From an uncultured Flavobacteriales bacterium (GTDB lineage: Bacteria; Bacteroidota; Bacteroidia; Flavobacteriales_D; Crocinitomicaceae), in assembly GCA_963977135.1 (NCBI GenBank), contig CAXBNN010000009.1, positions 6,771 through 70,770 of the forward strand: 64,000 nt of DNA, written 5' to 3'. The notes below the pieces were generated by a model, which saw only the letters and a program-made list of their open reading frames with translations, was not told the origin of the DNA and made no database searches. Shown here piece after piece: positions 38,357 through 48,621 of the stretch. The position numbers and the translations under genes were made by a program. Numbering within the stretch: position 1 is the first letter of the stretch; the number at the start of each line of letters is the position of its first letter.

Positions 38357-39181
38357 TTATACGTAGTCAGCCATTTCAGACTCTACTTTTTTAAAATACA
38401 TTAACCCTGAAATCAATAGCAGAATCACCATTGCGAATGAAATAAAAATCATAGAACTTGGAGGTGTTCCTCCAAAAATACTCCATCTAAAACCTTGAAT
38501 AACGCCAGCCATGGGATTTAAATAATATATTGATTCCGCCCATTTCGGTAAATGTTGTGATACTAATTCTATCGGATAAGCTACAGGAGTTAAATATAAA
38601 CCCACTTGAACCATAAATGGAACAACATGCTGAAAATCCCTGAACCTTACTGTTAATGCACTCAGCCAGATTCCGACAGCCAAAGCTGAAATCATACCAA
38701 TAATAACAAATATTGGTGCAAAAAAGATGGTTTTTGCAGGTGCCACTTGATAGTAAATCATTAAAACGATCAATATTAATATAGTAATTCCAAAATCTAT
38801 CAATCCAACTAAGGCCTTAGACAGTGGAATAATGAGACGAGGAAAGTAGATTTTTTTCACCATATCCTGACTTTGTATTATCGAGCTTCCGGAGTTGGTC
38901 ATTACATAAGAAAAATAAGACCACATACTAAGTCCACAAACAGTAAAAACTATATGGGGCACTTCAGTTTCAACACCTGCAAACTTGTTAAATACTAATG
39001 TTAAGATTAATAAAGTAACGATGGGTTGAAGCAAAGCCCAAAGAAATCCAATTGTGGTTTGAGCATATCGAACACGAAAGTCACGCCAAGATAAGGTTAA
39101 AAATAAATCCTTATAGCGGTATAATTCCTTGAAATCGGGGAAAATACTTGTGTTTCCAGCTTGAATTATTTTTATGCTCAT
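38357..39181 (-). CDS. ABC-2 type polysaccharide exporter permease (Wzm-like)
   Basis: 274 aa, 6 TM segments. LSWRDFRVRYAQTTIGFLWALLQP. Confidence 0.85.
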   Translation of the reverse strand: MSIKIIQAGNTSIFPDFKELYRYKDLFLTLSWRDFRVRYAQTTIGFLWALLQPIVTLLILTLVFNKFAGVETEVPHIVFTVCGLSMWSYFSYVMTNSGSSIIQSQDMVKKIYFPRLIIPLSKALVGLIDFGITILILIVLMIYYQVAPAKTIFFAPIFVIIGMISALAVGIWLSALTVRFRDFQHVVPFMVQVGLYLTPVAYPIELVSQHLPKWAESIYYLNPMAGVIQGFRWSIFGGTPPSSMIFISFAMVILLLISGLMYFKKVESEMADYV

Positions 39182-39196
39182 GTTTCTCTATTTCAA

Positions 39197-40309
39197 CTAG
39201 TTGAATTTATTCTTGAGTTTCAAAAACGGTTTCTCGAGAATATGATAACTAAGATAGGCAAATATAAGGGTTGCAGTTAAAGCAATGGCTGTTTCTAAAA
39301 AGATAACTTGCCACAGTTGATTGTTCAAACCAAGTAATTTAGTGCTTTGGATGGCGATTAGTATTCCGATAAAATGAAGGCAATACAATCCATAAGTGTA
39401 CTTACCTAATCGCGTTAAAACCTTATTATTCTTCATTTTAAAAAAAGAATTCTCCGAAAAATTCTGCTCCAAGATAATAAATGCGATTACTGAAGCGAGA
39501 AACATTCTTTCCAGAATCATCATCACAAAGCCTGATCCAACAATGTATCCTCTATAAAAAATGAAAAGCAAAAAGATCAAATAGACTAAACCAATCAATG
39601 GTTTCTTGGTTTTTCTAATGCGCTCAAGGAATACAGGATATTGAATAATTAACCAAGCCGAAAATCCACCAACTACAAGATCAACCATACAGCTAAAAGA
39701 ATGTACTTCAAGTGAAATGGGCGCTGGGTTTTTAGACCTGAACCATAAGCTGATTAGAATTAAAATGATGAATAGATAATTATACCTTTTAAAAGGAACT
39801 ACAAGTAATAAAATAGGCCAAATCATATAAAATTGCTCCTCAATTGAAACGCTCCAAAGCACCCCTAAAATTGATGCATCAGGCAAGCCATTGTTGATAA
39901 GGTCGAAATTACTTGTAAAGGTTAAATAGTAAATAATATTTGCGGTTTCCATTGAGGTTTGACCAAGCATTGATTTAAAAAGTGGAAACAACAAAAAACC
40001 AAAGAGAACGCAGAAAAAATACAAAGGCCAAATTCTCAAAACTCGTCTTGCCCAAAACTTTGGTAGATTTATTTTGTTGCTAGATTTTTTTTCTAAAATG
40101 ATGAAATAACTTATTAAAAAACCACTTAATACAAAAAAGAAATTGACTCCAATATTACCATTTATAAATAACTTTTTGGTGATAAATTGGTAAATCGGGG
40201 AATCGATAATCAATTGATTTTCAGTATAAAAACTGTGATAGAAAAAGACCATCAAAAATGAAACGGTTCGCCATCCATCCAAATTATCGAAATATATTTT
40301 ATTTTTCAT
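39197..40309 (-). CDS. acyltransferase family 3, integral membrane (second copy)
   Basis: 370 aa. LDGWRTVSFLMVF...RRVLRIWPLYF...WSVSIEEQFYMIWPI. Paralogue of 32963..34063. Confidence 0.8.
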   Translation of the reverse strand: MKNKIYFDNLDGWRTVSFLMVFFYHSFYTENQLIIDSPIYQFITKKLFINGNIGVNFFFVLSGFLISYFIILEKKSSNKINLPKFWARRVLRIWPLYFFCVLFGFLLFPLFKSMLGQTSMETANIIYYLTFTSNFDLINNGLPDASILGVLWSVSIEEQFYMIWPILLLVVPFKRYNYLFIILILISLWFRSKNPAPISLEVHSFSCMVDLVVGGFSAWLIIQYPVFLERIRKTKKPLIGLVYLIFLLFIFYRGYIVGSGFVMMILERMFLASVIAFIILEQNFSENSFFKMKNNKVLTRLGKYTYGLYCLHFIGILIAIQSTKLLGLNNQLWQVIFLETAIALTATLIFAYLSYHILEKPFLKLKNKFN

Positions 40310-41633
40310 GGACGGTTGCTAACTGCTCATTTTCAGTAGGTTTTATGGTCAATAGGATAATGAAAAAAGGCAGAATAATTGTTTTAAATCTAACTAAAAC
40401 TCCAAAGAGTCCAGAGGAGAATCCAACTGAGAATCCCATGATAATAACAAAAAACAAACTGAAAGTTAAAATGGGTGTTTTATTAATTAATTGAACACGG
40501 CTCCAAAAACCGGTTGTAAAAAACTTAAAACTTAAAAAAAGTAAGAATAAGTTTTCTATACCGTTCATTAAAAGCACTGGACTTAACGATTCCCATGGGA
40601 ATGGTCGGTATAAAGCTGCAGTAAGTGCAGCTGGAATTGTTCGAATGATTCCTAATGTAGAGTAATCTGTTATATTAAGGTCATAACGATTTGTACCATA
40701 CGTGGTGTTTGCATTAAAATCTTTTTGAATAATAATAATTTCATCAATTATATTGTCCAATGTTTTAAATTGAATAAATAGAAAAATCACGCCAATTCCC
40801 AGTCCATAAAAGAAAATTCTAATGGTTGTTTTTTTAAGATTATTCGTTTTGGCCCTATTAGAAAACCAAATACTAATTGCAGCAAAAAAACTTGATAGCA
40901 AGGCAATTAAAATATAAAATCGCGATTGAATTATAAAAAATAAAATAAGAACAACCCACAAGATTTGAGACAATTTATTAGAGCCTTTTTTTGTAAATAA
41001 TAGAATAATTTGGCGGACTAATAAACAAACTGCAATGTATACAAAAGTGTCTTTTGAAACTCCTGAACACCAGAATGCCACTGATGGTAAAAATAAAACA
41101 CCTACAGCAAGCCATTTTTCATCATTAATACCAAGAGATTTGATAGCCAAGAAAAATTTCCACGTTACCAATGAGGTTATGTACCCTAAAACTATCGTTG
41201 CTGCCAGATAACTTTGGAATGTGATTAAACTAATCGGAACAAGAATTTTACAGATAAAATAACTTTCAGGCTCTTTATAAATCCAACTTGGCGGGTACCC
41301 AGTTGCTGAATTGAAATTTTTAGTAATTGTATATATGTCTGGAGTTTCCCATATTTCCGAAAGAAATGCTGCCGGAGAATCAGAAAATAAATTATGAAGC
41401 GCAACTCCACCATCCCAATATGCAGTCGTATCACCTCCTCCATAGTACAAAAGGTAAAATATACCGAAAAATAAAGCCATTCCTACGTGAAAATATACCT
41501 GTGGCTGGAAAAGTCGATTGCTTTCATCCAGTTTCATCCTAGATCTTTGAAGGCCTGTTAAAAGCACGACAATTATCAACCAAAGAAAGGCAGAAATGAT
41601 ATTTGTCGCATTGAAATATTCTACAATTTTCAT
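40299..41633 (-). CDS. polytopic membrane protein (about 11 TM), function unknown (polymerase/ligase/GT-C-like?)
   Basis: 444 aa, very hydrophobic. First gene of the polysaccharide operon. No motif that I can name. Confidence 0.4.
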   Translation of the reverse strand: MKIVEYFNATNIISAFLWLIIVVLLTGLQRSRMKLDESNRLFQPQVYFHVGMALFFGIFYLLYYGGGDTTAYWDGGVALHNLFSDSPAAFLSEIWETPDIYTITKNFNSATGYPPSWIYKEPESYFICKILVPISLITFQSYLAATIVLGYITSLVTWKFFLAIKSLGINDEKWLAVGVLFLPSVAFWCSGVSKDTFVYIAVCLLVRQIILLFTKKGSNKLSQILWVVLILFFIIQSRFYILIALLSSFFAAISIWFSNRAKTNNLKKTTIRIFFYGLGIGVIFLFIQFKTLDNIIDEIIIIQKDFNANTTYGTNRYDLNITDYSTLGIIRTIPAALTAALYRPFPWESLSPVLLMNGIENLFLLFLSFKFFTTGFWSRVQLINKTPILTFSLFFVIIMGFSVGFSSGLFGVLVRFKTIILPFFIILLTIKPTENEQLATVHEK

Positions 41634-41678
41634 TCAAAGATATAGTCCAAAGATAAAAGAATTGTTGTGAATCCTGAC

Positions 41679-42152
41679 TTAACTATGGTGATAAGGTTCA
41701 CCTCTCAAAATAGTCATAGAACGATAAACTTGTTCAAAGAAAATCATACGTACCATTTGATGCGAAAAAGTCATTTTGGATAAGGCAATCTTTCCATTAG
41801 CTCTTTCATAAATTTCATCTGAAAAGCCAAATGCTCCTCCAATTAGAAAAACTAGATTTTTCCCGCCAGCATTAAATCTTTTCTGAAAAAAATCTGCAAA
41901 ATTTTCACTTGTAAATTCTTTCCCTTTCTCGTCCAGAAGATAAACAACGTCACCAGATTCTATTTTTGCTAAAAATTCTTGACCTTCAGCTAATTTGACT
42001 TGATTTTGCTGCAAATTTTTCGCATTCCGAATATCGGGAATTTCTATTTTTTCAACGGGAACATAGTGCGTTAAGCGTTTTAAGTATTCCTTCTCACCTT
42101 CAATTAAAAATGATTTCCCGGTTTTTCCTATGCAAATTACTTTTATCTTCAC
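41679..42152 (-). CDS. rlmH: 23S rRNA (pseudouridine1915-N3)-methyltransferase
   Basis: 157 aa. LDEKGKEFTSENFADF...LVFLIGGAFGFSDE...LSKMTFSHQMVRMIFFEQVYRSMTILRGEPYHH. Confidence 0.9.
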   Translation of the reverse strand: MKIKVICIGKTGKSFLIEGEKEYLKRLTHYVPVEKIEIPDIRNAKNLQQNQVKLAEGQEFLAKIESGDVVYLLDEKGKEFTSENFADFFQKRFNAGGKNLVFLIGGAFGFSDEIYERANGKIALSKMTFSHQMVRMIFFEQVYRSMTILRGEPYHHS

Positions 42153-42240
42153 AGCTCAAAAGTAGTGTTCTTAACATATTTTTACAAATGCCTTTTTACG
42201 GCAAGGTATTTGTAGCTTTCATATCAATAATCGAAGAGAA

Positions 42241-42618
42241 ATGAGTTATTTTTATATTCTTTTAGCAAGTTTGGTTTTGTCCTTCGTAGGGTCAGACATT
42301 CCCCATGGTGAGTTGGAAAGAGCATTTAATGCTAATGATGCCAATGCAATCGTTGAATTGTCGAAAGAAAAAGTTTTGATGAATATTCTTGGCAGTGAAG
42401 GTGCTTATTCGCAATCTCAGGCTAAAATTGTACTGAAAGATTTCTTTTCCAAGCAACCAAACGGCAAGTTTACTTTTATTTTTAGAGGTAAAGAAGCAGA
42501 TAGCGGTTCATTTTCTATTGGGAATTATGTTTCAAAAGGCATTACTTTCCGCACAACATTCCATTTCAAAAAAATAGGCTCAGTTTTTAGAATTGAATCC
42601 TTGAACATCGAATCATAA
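42241..42618 (+). CDS. DUF4783-like small secreted protein
   Basis: 125 aa. N-terminal hydrophobic segment. The pattern ...YSQSQAKIVLKDFF...F.F..rG... resembles the DUF4783 family that I recall being linked to nadC in Bacteroidota. Confidence 0.45.
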   Translation: MSYFYILLASLVLSFVGSDIPHGELERAFNANDANAIVELSKEKVLMNILGSEGAYSQSQAKIVLKDFFSKQPNGKFTFIFRGKEADSGSFSIGNYVSKGITFRTTFHFKKIGSVFRIESLNIES

Positions 42619-42637
42619 TTTTTCCTGTTGTGTTTTC

Positions 42638-42645
42638 TATATTTG
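42638..42645 (+). promoter_or_regulatory. candidate -7 box TAtaTTTG only 4 nt before the nadC ATG (leaderless-type)
   Basis: Motif match read directly from the sequence. ATG at 42650. Confidence 0.3.
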
Positions 42646-42649
42646 CTTT

Positions 42650-43486
42650 ATGATTGAAGAAATAATTGAAAACGCACTTCGCGAAGACATAGGGTCAGGC
42701 GATCACTCAACTTTATCTTGTGTTCCTGAGAATGCTCAAGGAACAGCTAAATTACTCGTTAAAGACGAAGGGATTCTCGCTGGAGTAGAGTTAGCCAAAA
42801 AAATATTTCATCATTTCGACCCTAATTTAAAAATGGAAATTTTCATCAAAGATGGAACGCCTGTTAAATTTGGAGATATTGCTTTTACCGTAACAGGTAG
42901 TTCTCGATCTATTTTAACGACAGAGCGGTTGGTGCTCAATTTCATGCAACGTATGTCTGGAATTGCGACGAAAACAAATAGCATCGTAAAGATCATAGAA
43001 GGAACTAACACAAAACTTTTAGACACGCGAAAAACTACTCCAGGAATCCGATACATGGAAAAATGGGCTGTTAAAATCGGCGGTGGAGAGAATCATCGTT
43101 TCGCTCTATATGATATGATTATGCTGAAAGACAATCACGTAGATTATGCTGGCGGAATCAAACAAGCGATTGAAAGAGCAAACAATTATATAAAAGAAAA
43201 TAATCTCGATTTGAAAATAGAAATCGAAGTGCGCAACGAGGACGAATTAAAACAAGTTCTAGAAACGGGCAATGTGGATAGAATTATGCTTGATAATTTC
43301 ACTCCTGAGCGTATAAAAGCTGTTTTGCCAACTATTCCAAGTCAATACGAAACAGAAGCTTCTGGAGGAATTACTTTGGAAACGATTCGTGGATTTGCAG
43401 AAACGGGTGTTCAATTTATTTCTGTTGGTGCGCTAACGCATTCTGCAAAGAGTTTGGATATGAGTTTGAAGGCGGTTTATTCTTGA
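42650..43486 (+). CDS. nadC: nicotinate-nucleotide diphosphorylase (carboxylating) / quinolinate phosphoribosyltransferase
   Basis: 278 aa. ERLVLNFMQRMSGIAT...LLDTRKTTPGIRYMEKWAVKIGGGENHRFALYDMIMLKDNH...LDNF. Confidence 0.92.
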   Translation: MIEEIIENALREDIGSGDHSTLSCVPENAQGTAKLLVKDEGILAGVELAKKIFHHFDPNLKMEIFIKDGTPVKFGDIAFTVTGSSRSILTTERLVLNFMQRMSGIATKTNSIVKIIEGTNTKLLDTRKTTPGIRYMEKWAVKIGGGENHRFALYDMIMLKDNHVDYAGGIKQAIERANNYIKENNLDLKIEIEVRNEDELKQVLETGNVDRIMLDNFTPERIKAVLPTIPSQYETEASGGITLETIRGFAETGVQFISVGALTHSAKSLDMSLKAVYS

Positions 43487-43494
43487 GAATGAAT

Positions 43495-43619
43495 GCCACG
43501 AATGCACGAATGGGGCACGAATTATGTGTTTATATTCTTGTGGAATCAAGTATATTGTAAATTTCCGAGTCGTATCTCCGCTCCATTATTCGTGTAAAAT
43601 TCGTGCATTCGTGGCAAAA
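43495..43619. repeat. inverted pair of the cacgaatgcacgaat repeat family, forming a long hairpin after nadC
   Basis: gccacgaatgcacgaatggggcacgaat (43495-43522) versus attcgtgtaaaattcgtgcattcgtggc (43588-43615): 24/28 complementary, about 65-nt loop. Confidence 0.75.
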
Positions 43620-43634
43620 AAAATAACGATACTA

Positions 43635-44024
43635 CTAATACACAATTCTTTTGTATTCAAGTTTACCACGTCCAAAATTCACCAATAATGCCAATTTGTT
43701 ATCAGAAACCTTCAAATAGTTAATGCATTGAGCCATGTGTTCATCAGTTAATGTTGAAACACATTTTATTTCCAATATAATTTTGTCAAGAACAACAAAG
43801 TCTGCATAAAAGAAATGTTTTAGTATTTCATTTCGAAATTCAACTTCATACTTCTTTTCTCTTTCAAAAGAAATTCCATCCTCGTAGAATACCTTTTCGA
43901 GTGCATCTTTATAAACAATTTCAAGAAATCCATGTCCAAGTTCAGAGTGGACTTCCATACATTTTCCGATTATTTCGTACGCCTCATTCCGGTAGATTAG
44001 ATCCTTCATTATTTCAGTTTTCAC
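43635..44024 (-). CDS. GxxExxY protein (PD-(D/E)XK-fold family)
   Basis: 129 aa. Diagnostic GFLEIVY (GxxExxY) after IIGKCMEVHSELGHG. The ending LLVNFGRGKLEYKRIV is typical of the family. Confidence 0.85.
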   Translation of the reverse strand: MKTEIMKDLIYRNEAYEIIGKCMEVHSELGHGFLEIVYKDALEKVFYEDGISFEREKKYEVEFRNEILKHFFYADFVVLDKIILEIKCVSTLTDEHMAQCINYLKVSDNKLALLVNFGRGKLEYKRIVY

Positions 44025-44070
44025 TTTAAGTTAGCGAAAAATGTTTTATGCAAATTCATCTACGAAAAAA

Positions 44071-44103
44071 TATTCGTGTAAAATTCGTGCATTCGTGGCA
44101 AAA
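44071..44103 (+). repeat. 33-bp perfect direct repeat of 43587-43619 (tattcgtgtaaaattcgtgcattcgtggcaaaa)
   Basis: Compared base by base. The two copies bracket the GxxExxY gene (484-bp period). Confidence 0.9.
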
Positions 44104-44108
44104 GAAAA

Positions 44109-44825
44109 CTACTTATGATAAGCCAACAAACTACCATTCGAAACTATCCTTTTCTCAACATACCTTTTTGCTCGTAAACAAGCCTTAATCATCGGGTAGT
44201 CCAAAGCTAAATTGGCTAACAAAGCACTAGCAAAAATACAGCCTGTCCCATGCTTCGAAAAATCTGTTTTTACGTGAGGAGCGAAAGGAAATTCTTTACC
44301 TTCAAAATACAAAACATCTTTCCCTTTATTTTCTGAATGACCACCTTTTAAATAAATTGTAGCTGAGTTATTCTTTAATTCAAGTGACTCGTATTCAGGA
44401 ATATTAGGAGTGATAATTATGTTTTTACAAACGTCACTTTTCAAAAATTCATTAAATCGTATCAAGTTAAATTCACCGCCGGCACTTGCACTTAAAATCG
44501 GATCCCAAACAATAGTCGGTTTGTTGCATTTTTCATTCAGAATATGGATGATTTTTTCCAACAAATCTCCGGAAGAAATTAAACCAATTTTGATGAATTG
44601 AATTTTGTATCGATCAAGAAGGAGGTTCAGTTGTTCGAGAATGATTTCATTAGCAATCCAATCAACGTGTTTGAAAGAATCTTCGGTTTGCATTGTATTC
44701 GCCGTAATCACCGCTAAACCTTGAGTTTTGCTCTGTTCAAAGGATTTGCAATCCGCCAAAACGCCAGCACCGCCACTAGGGTCAAATCCGGCAATGGTCA
44801 AACAATACGGTCTTACTTTTGGCAT
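44109..44825 (-). CDS. thiD: hydroxymethylpyrimidine / phosphomethylpyrimidine kinase
   Basis: 238 aa. LTIAGFDPSGGAGVLADCKSF...IVWDPIL...GTGCIFASAL. Confidence 0.85.
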   Translation of the reverse strand: MPKVRPYCLTIAGFDPSGGAGVLADCKSFEQSKTQGLAVITANTMQTEDSFKHVDWIANEIILEQLNLLLDRYKIQFIKIGLISSGDLLEKIIHILNEKCNKPTIVWDPILSASAGGEFNLIRFNEFLKSDVCKNIIITPNIPEYESLELKNNSATIYLKGGHSENKGKDVLYFEGKEFPFAPHVKTDFSKHGTGCIFASALLANLALDYPMIKACLRAKRYVEKRIVSNGSLLAYHK

Positions 44826-45391
44826 ATTTCGAATATTTCTTTGAAAGCATCTAATGGATTTTCATTCAACCAAACACTTCCTAACAAGGCGAATTTAGTG
44901 AATCCAAGTTCTTGTGCGTCGATTATTGTTTTTGAATTAAGTCCACCCAAAGCTACAGCCTTTGCTTTAAGCTCTGTTGCCCAATCGTTAATTTCCCAAT
45001 TTTCATCCGAAGAATAGTTCTTCTTAGAAATGCTTTGAAACACAGGCGAACAAAAGAAATAATCAAATTCATTTCCCAATTCTAATGCGTCCATTTTACT
45101 ATGAAAAGATGTCGAATTGAGCGAAGAACTTTTTACAAAACCTTCTCTATCTATTTCCTTATAGTGCAAACCTATTTTCGGAAAATTCAACTGCAAATCA
45201 TGAAAAGAATGAATCGATATCCGAGGATAAAACAGTGGATTGATTTCCAATAAATACTCAAGATAATCTTCCTTCGACCAATTCACTTTTCGTAAATGAA
45301 AACGCAATGTTTCATCCAAGCGCAGCATTTCCTGAACCAATGGGATTTCGTTGGCAACAGAATACTCTGGCGATATCAGTATTAGGTTCAA
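44813..45391 (-). CDS. ThiE/TenI-family protein (divergent thiamine-phosphate synthase-like)
   Basis: 192 aa. Sits between thiC and thiD. C-terminal ALGGLNSKTIIDAQELGFTKFALLGSVW resembles the ThiE/TenI phosphate-binding end, while the N-terminal half is divergent. Confidence 0.6.
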   Translation of the reverse strand: MNLILISPEYSVANEIPLVQEMLRLDETLRFHLRKVNWSKEDYLEYLLEINPLFYPRISIHSFHDLQLNFPKIGLHYKEIDREGFVKSSSLNSTSFHSKMDALELGNEFDYFFCSPVFQSISKKNYSSDENWEINDWATELKAKAVALGGLNSKTIIDAQELGFTKFALLGSVWLNENPLDAFKEIFEICQK

Positions 45392-45397
45392 ATTTGC

Positions 45398-47492
<2,095 letters not shown>

Positions 47493-47529
47493 TCTTCAAA
47501 TATATACTCTAGGGAAAACCTTGCTGGGC

Positions 47530-47612
47530 TGTCACTTTTCCTTACGTCGGGATCAACCGATTCAAGTTCAAAGGGTATTTCTCAGACTATTTTGAAGTCA
47601 CCCCTAAAGTCA
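47530..47612 (-). promoter_or_regulatory. TPP (THI-box) riboswitch controlling thiS-thiC-thiE-like-thiD
   Basis: The minus strand reads aggggtgacttcaaaatagtctgagaaataccctttgaacttgaatcggttgatcccgacgtaaggaa. It contains the GGGGUG...CUGAGA.AUACCC...CUUGAAUCGG..GAU.CCCGACGUAAGGA elements of the THI consensus. Confidence 0.75.
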
Positions 47613-47751
47613 TACAAAATTACGAATTCTGACTGGAATTATTTGTTTTTCGAAGCGATATTTGAATTTCCCCCTTTGGAGGGCGATAAAGGGGAGGATA
47701 CAAGGGCTTATAAAATGAAAGAATTGAGCCGGAAATTGAATAATCCTCCCC

Positions 47752-47779
47752 CTCGGTCCCCCTCCAAAGGGGGACCGAG
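47752..47779. repeat. GC-rich perfect hairpin (12-bp stem, 4-nt loop) ctcggtccccct-ccaa-agggggaccgag
   Basis: Paired base by base. A related ccccttt...aaagggg hairpin lies at 47671-47694, and ggggaggat/atcctcccc pair between 47691-47699 and 47742-47750. Confidence 0.8.
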
Positions 47780-47827
47780 TAAATCTCAATTCATATGGGA
47801 ATTTTTTGTAATTTTACCACGTAAACT

Positions 47828-47905
47828 TTTAGGGGTGTCTGACAAACTTGTCATTCTGAGAAATACCCTCATCACCTGATGTAGATAATGCTGCCGAAGG
47901 AAAAA
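47828..47905 (+). promoter_or_regulatory. TPP (THI-box) riboswitch controlling thiE-thiG-thiH
   Basis: aggggtgtctgacaaacttgtcattctgagaaataccctcatcacctgatgtagataatgctgccgaaggaa is a close match to the THI consensus (GGGGUG, CUGAGA, ACCC, ACCUGAU, AUAAUGC, GAAGGA). Confidence 0.85.
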
Positions 47906-47955
47906 AGTGAGGCGCTTGGCGTTCCTGAAAGTTTTGCACGTAAAAAAACAGGAAA

Positions 47956-48621
47956 ATGAATTTGCCGCGCATCCAATACATCACCCATCCAGAGGAAGAT
48001 TTCTCGAATTTATCTTGGCTTGAAAAACTAGCTGAAGGTGGAATTTATTGGGTTCAATTGCGAATCAAAGAAGATGATTTAGCTGAGTTTCATCCAACAC
48101 TTCATTACAAAGCGACTTTGATAGAAATTGCTGATTTATTGCGTGAAAAAACAAAGGAATTAGGAATGATTCTTACCATTAATGATCACCCAGAAGTTGC
48201 TCGTTTAGCGAATGCGGATGGAATCCATTTAGGGCAAGAGGATACACTAGAAGATTCTGAAACAGATGGTTTTGATATTTTTGGTGGAACTGCTCATGAT
48301 CTTGCTGAAATGAAAAAGCACCCGATAGCTAAATTGAATTATTTCGGGGTAGGACCGTTCAAAGAAACAACAACTAAAAAGAAAATAAAATCCGTTTTGG
48401 GATCAGAAGGTTATGAATCTCTGTTCGTAGAAATGAAGAAAGAAGGAATTCAAAAACCAATTTTTGCCATCGGCGGAATTGAAGAAAATGATATTCCTGA
48501 AATAATGAAAACGGGTGTTTATGGAATTGCCCTTTCTGGATTAATTCACAAAAGCAATTTCAATAGTCAATTGATTAAAAATATAGTTCAAAAAGTTAAC
48601 GACCATGCAAGATCCATTTAA
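47956..48621 (+). CDS. thiE: thiamine-phosphate synthase
   Basis: 221 aa. IQYITHPE...WVQLRIKE...[22 protein letters not shown]...FAIGGI...GVYGIALSG. Confidence 0.85.
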   Translation: MNLPRIQYITHPEEDFSNLSWLEKLAEGGIYWVQLRIKEDDLAEFHPTLHYKATLIEIADLLREKTKELGMILTINDHPEVARLANADGIHLGQEDTLEDSETDGFDIFGGTAHDLAEMKKHPIAKLNYFGVGPFKETTTKKKIKSVLGSEGYESLFVEMKKEGIQKPIFAIGGIEENDIPEIMKTGVYGIALSGLIHKSNFNSQLIKNIVQKVNDHARSI

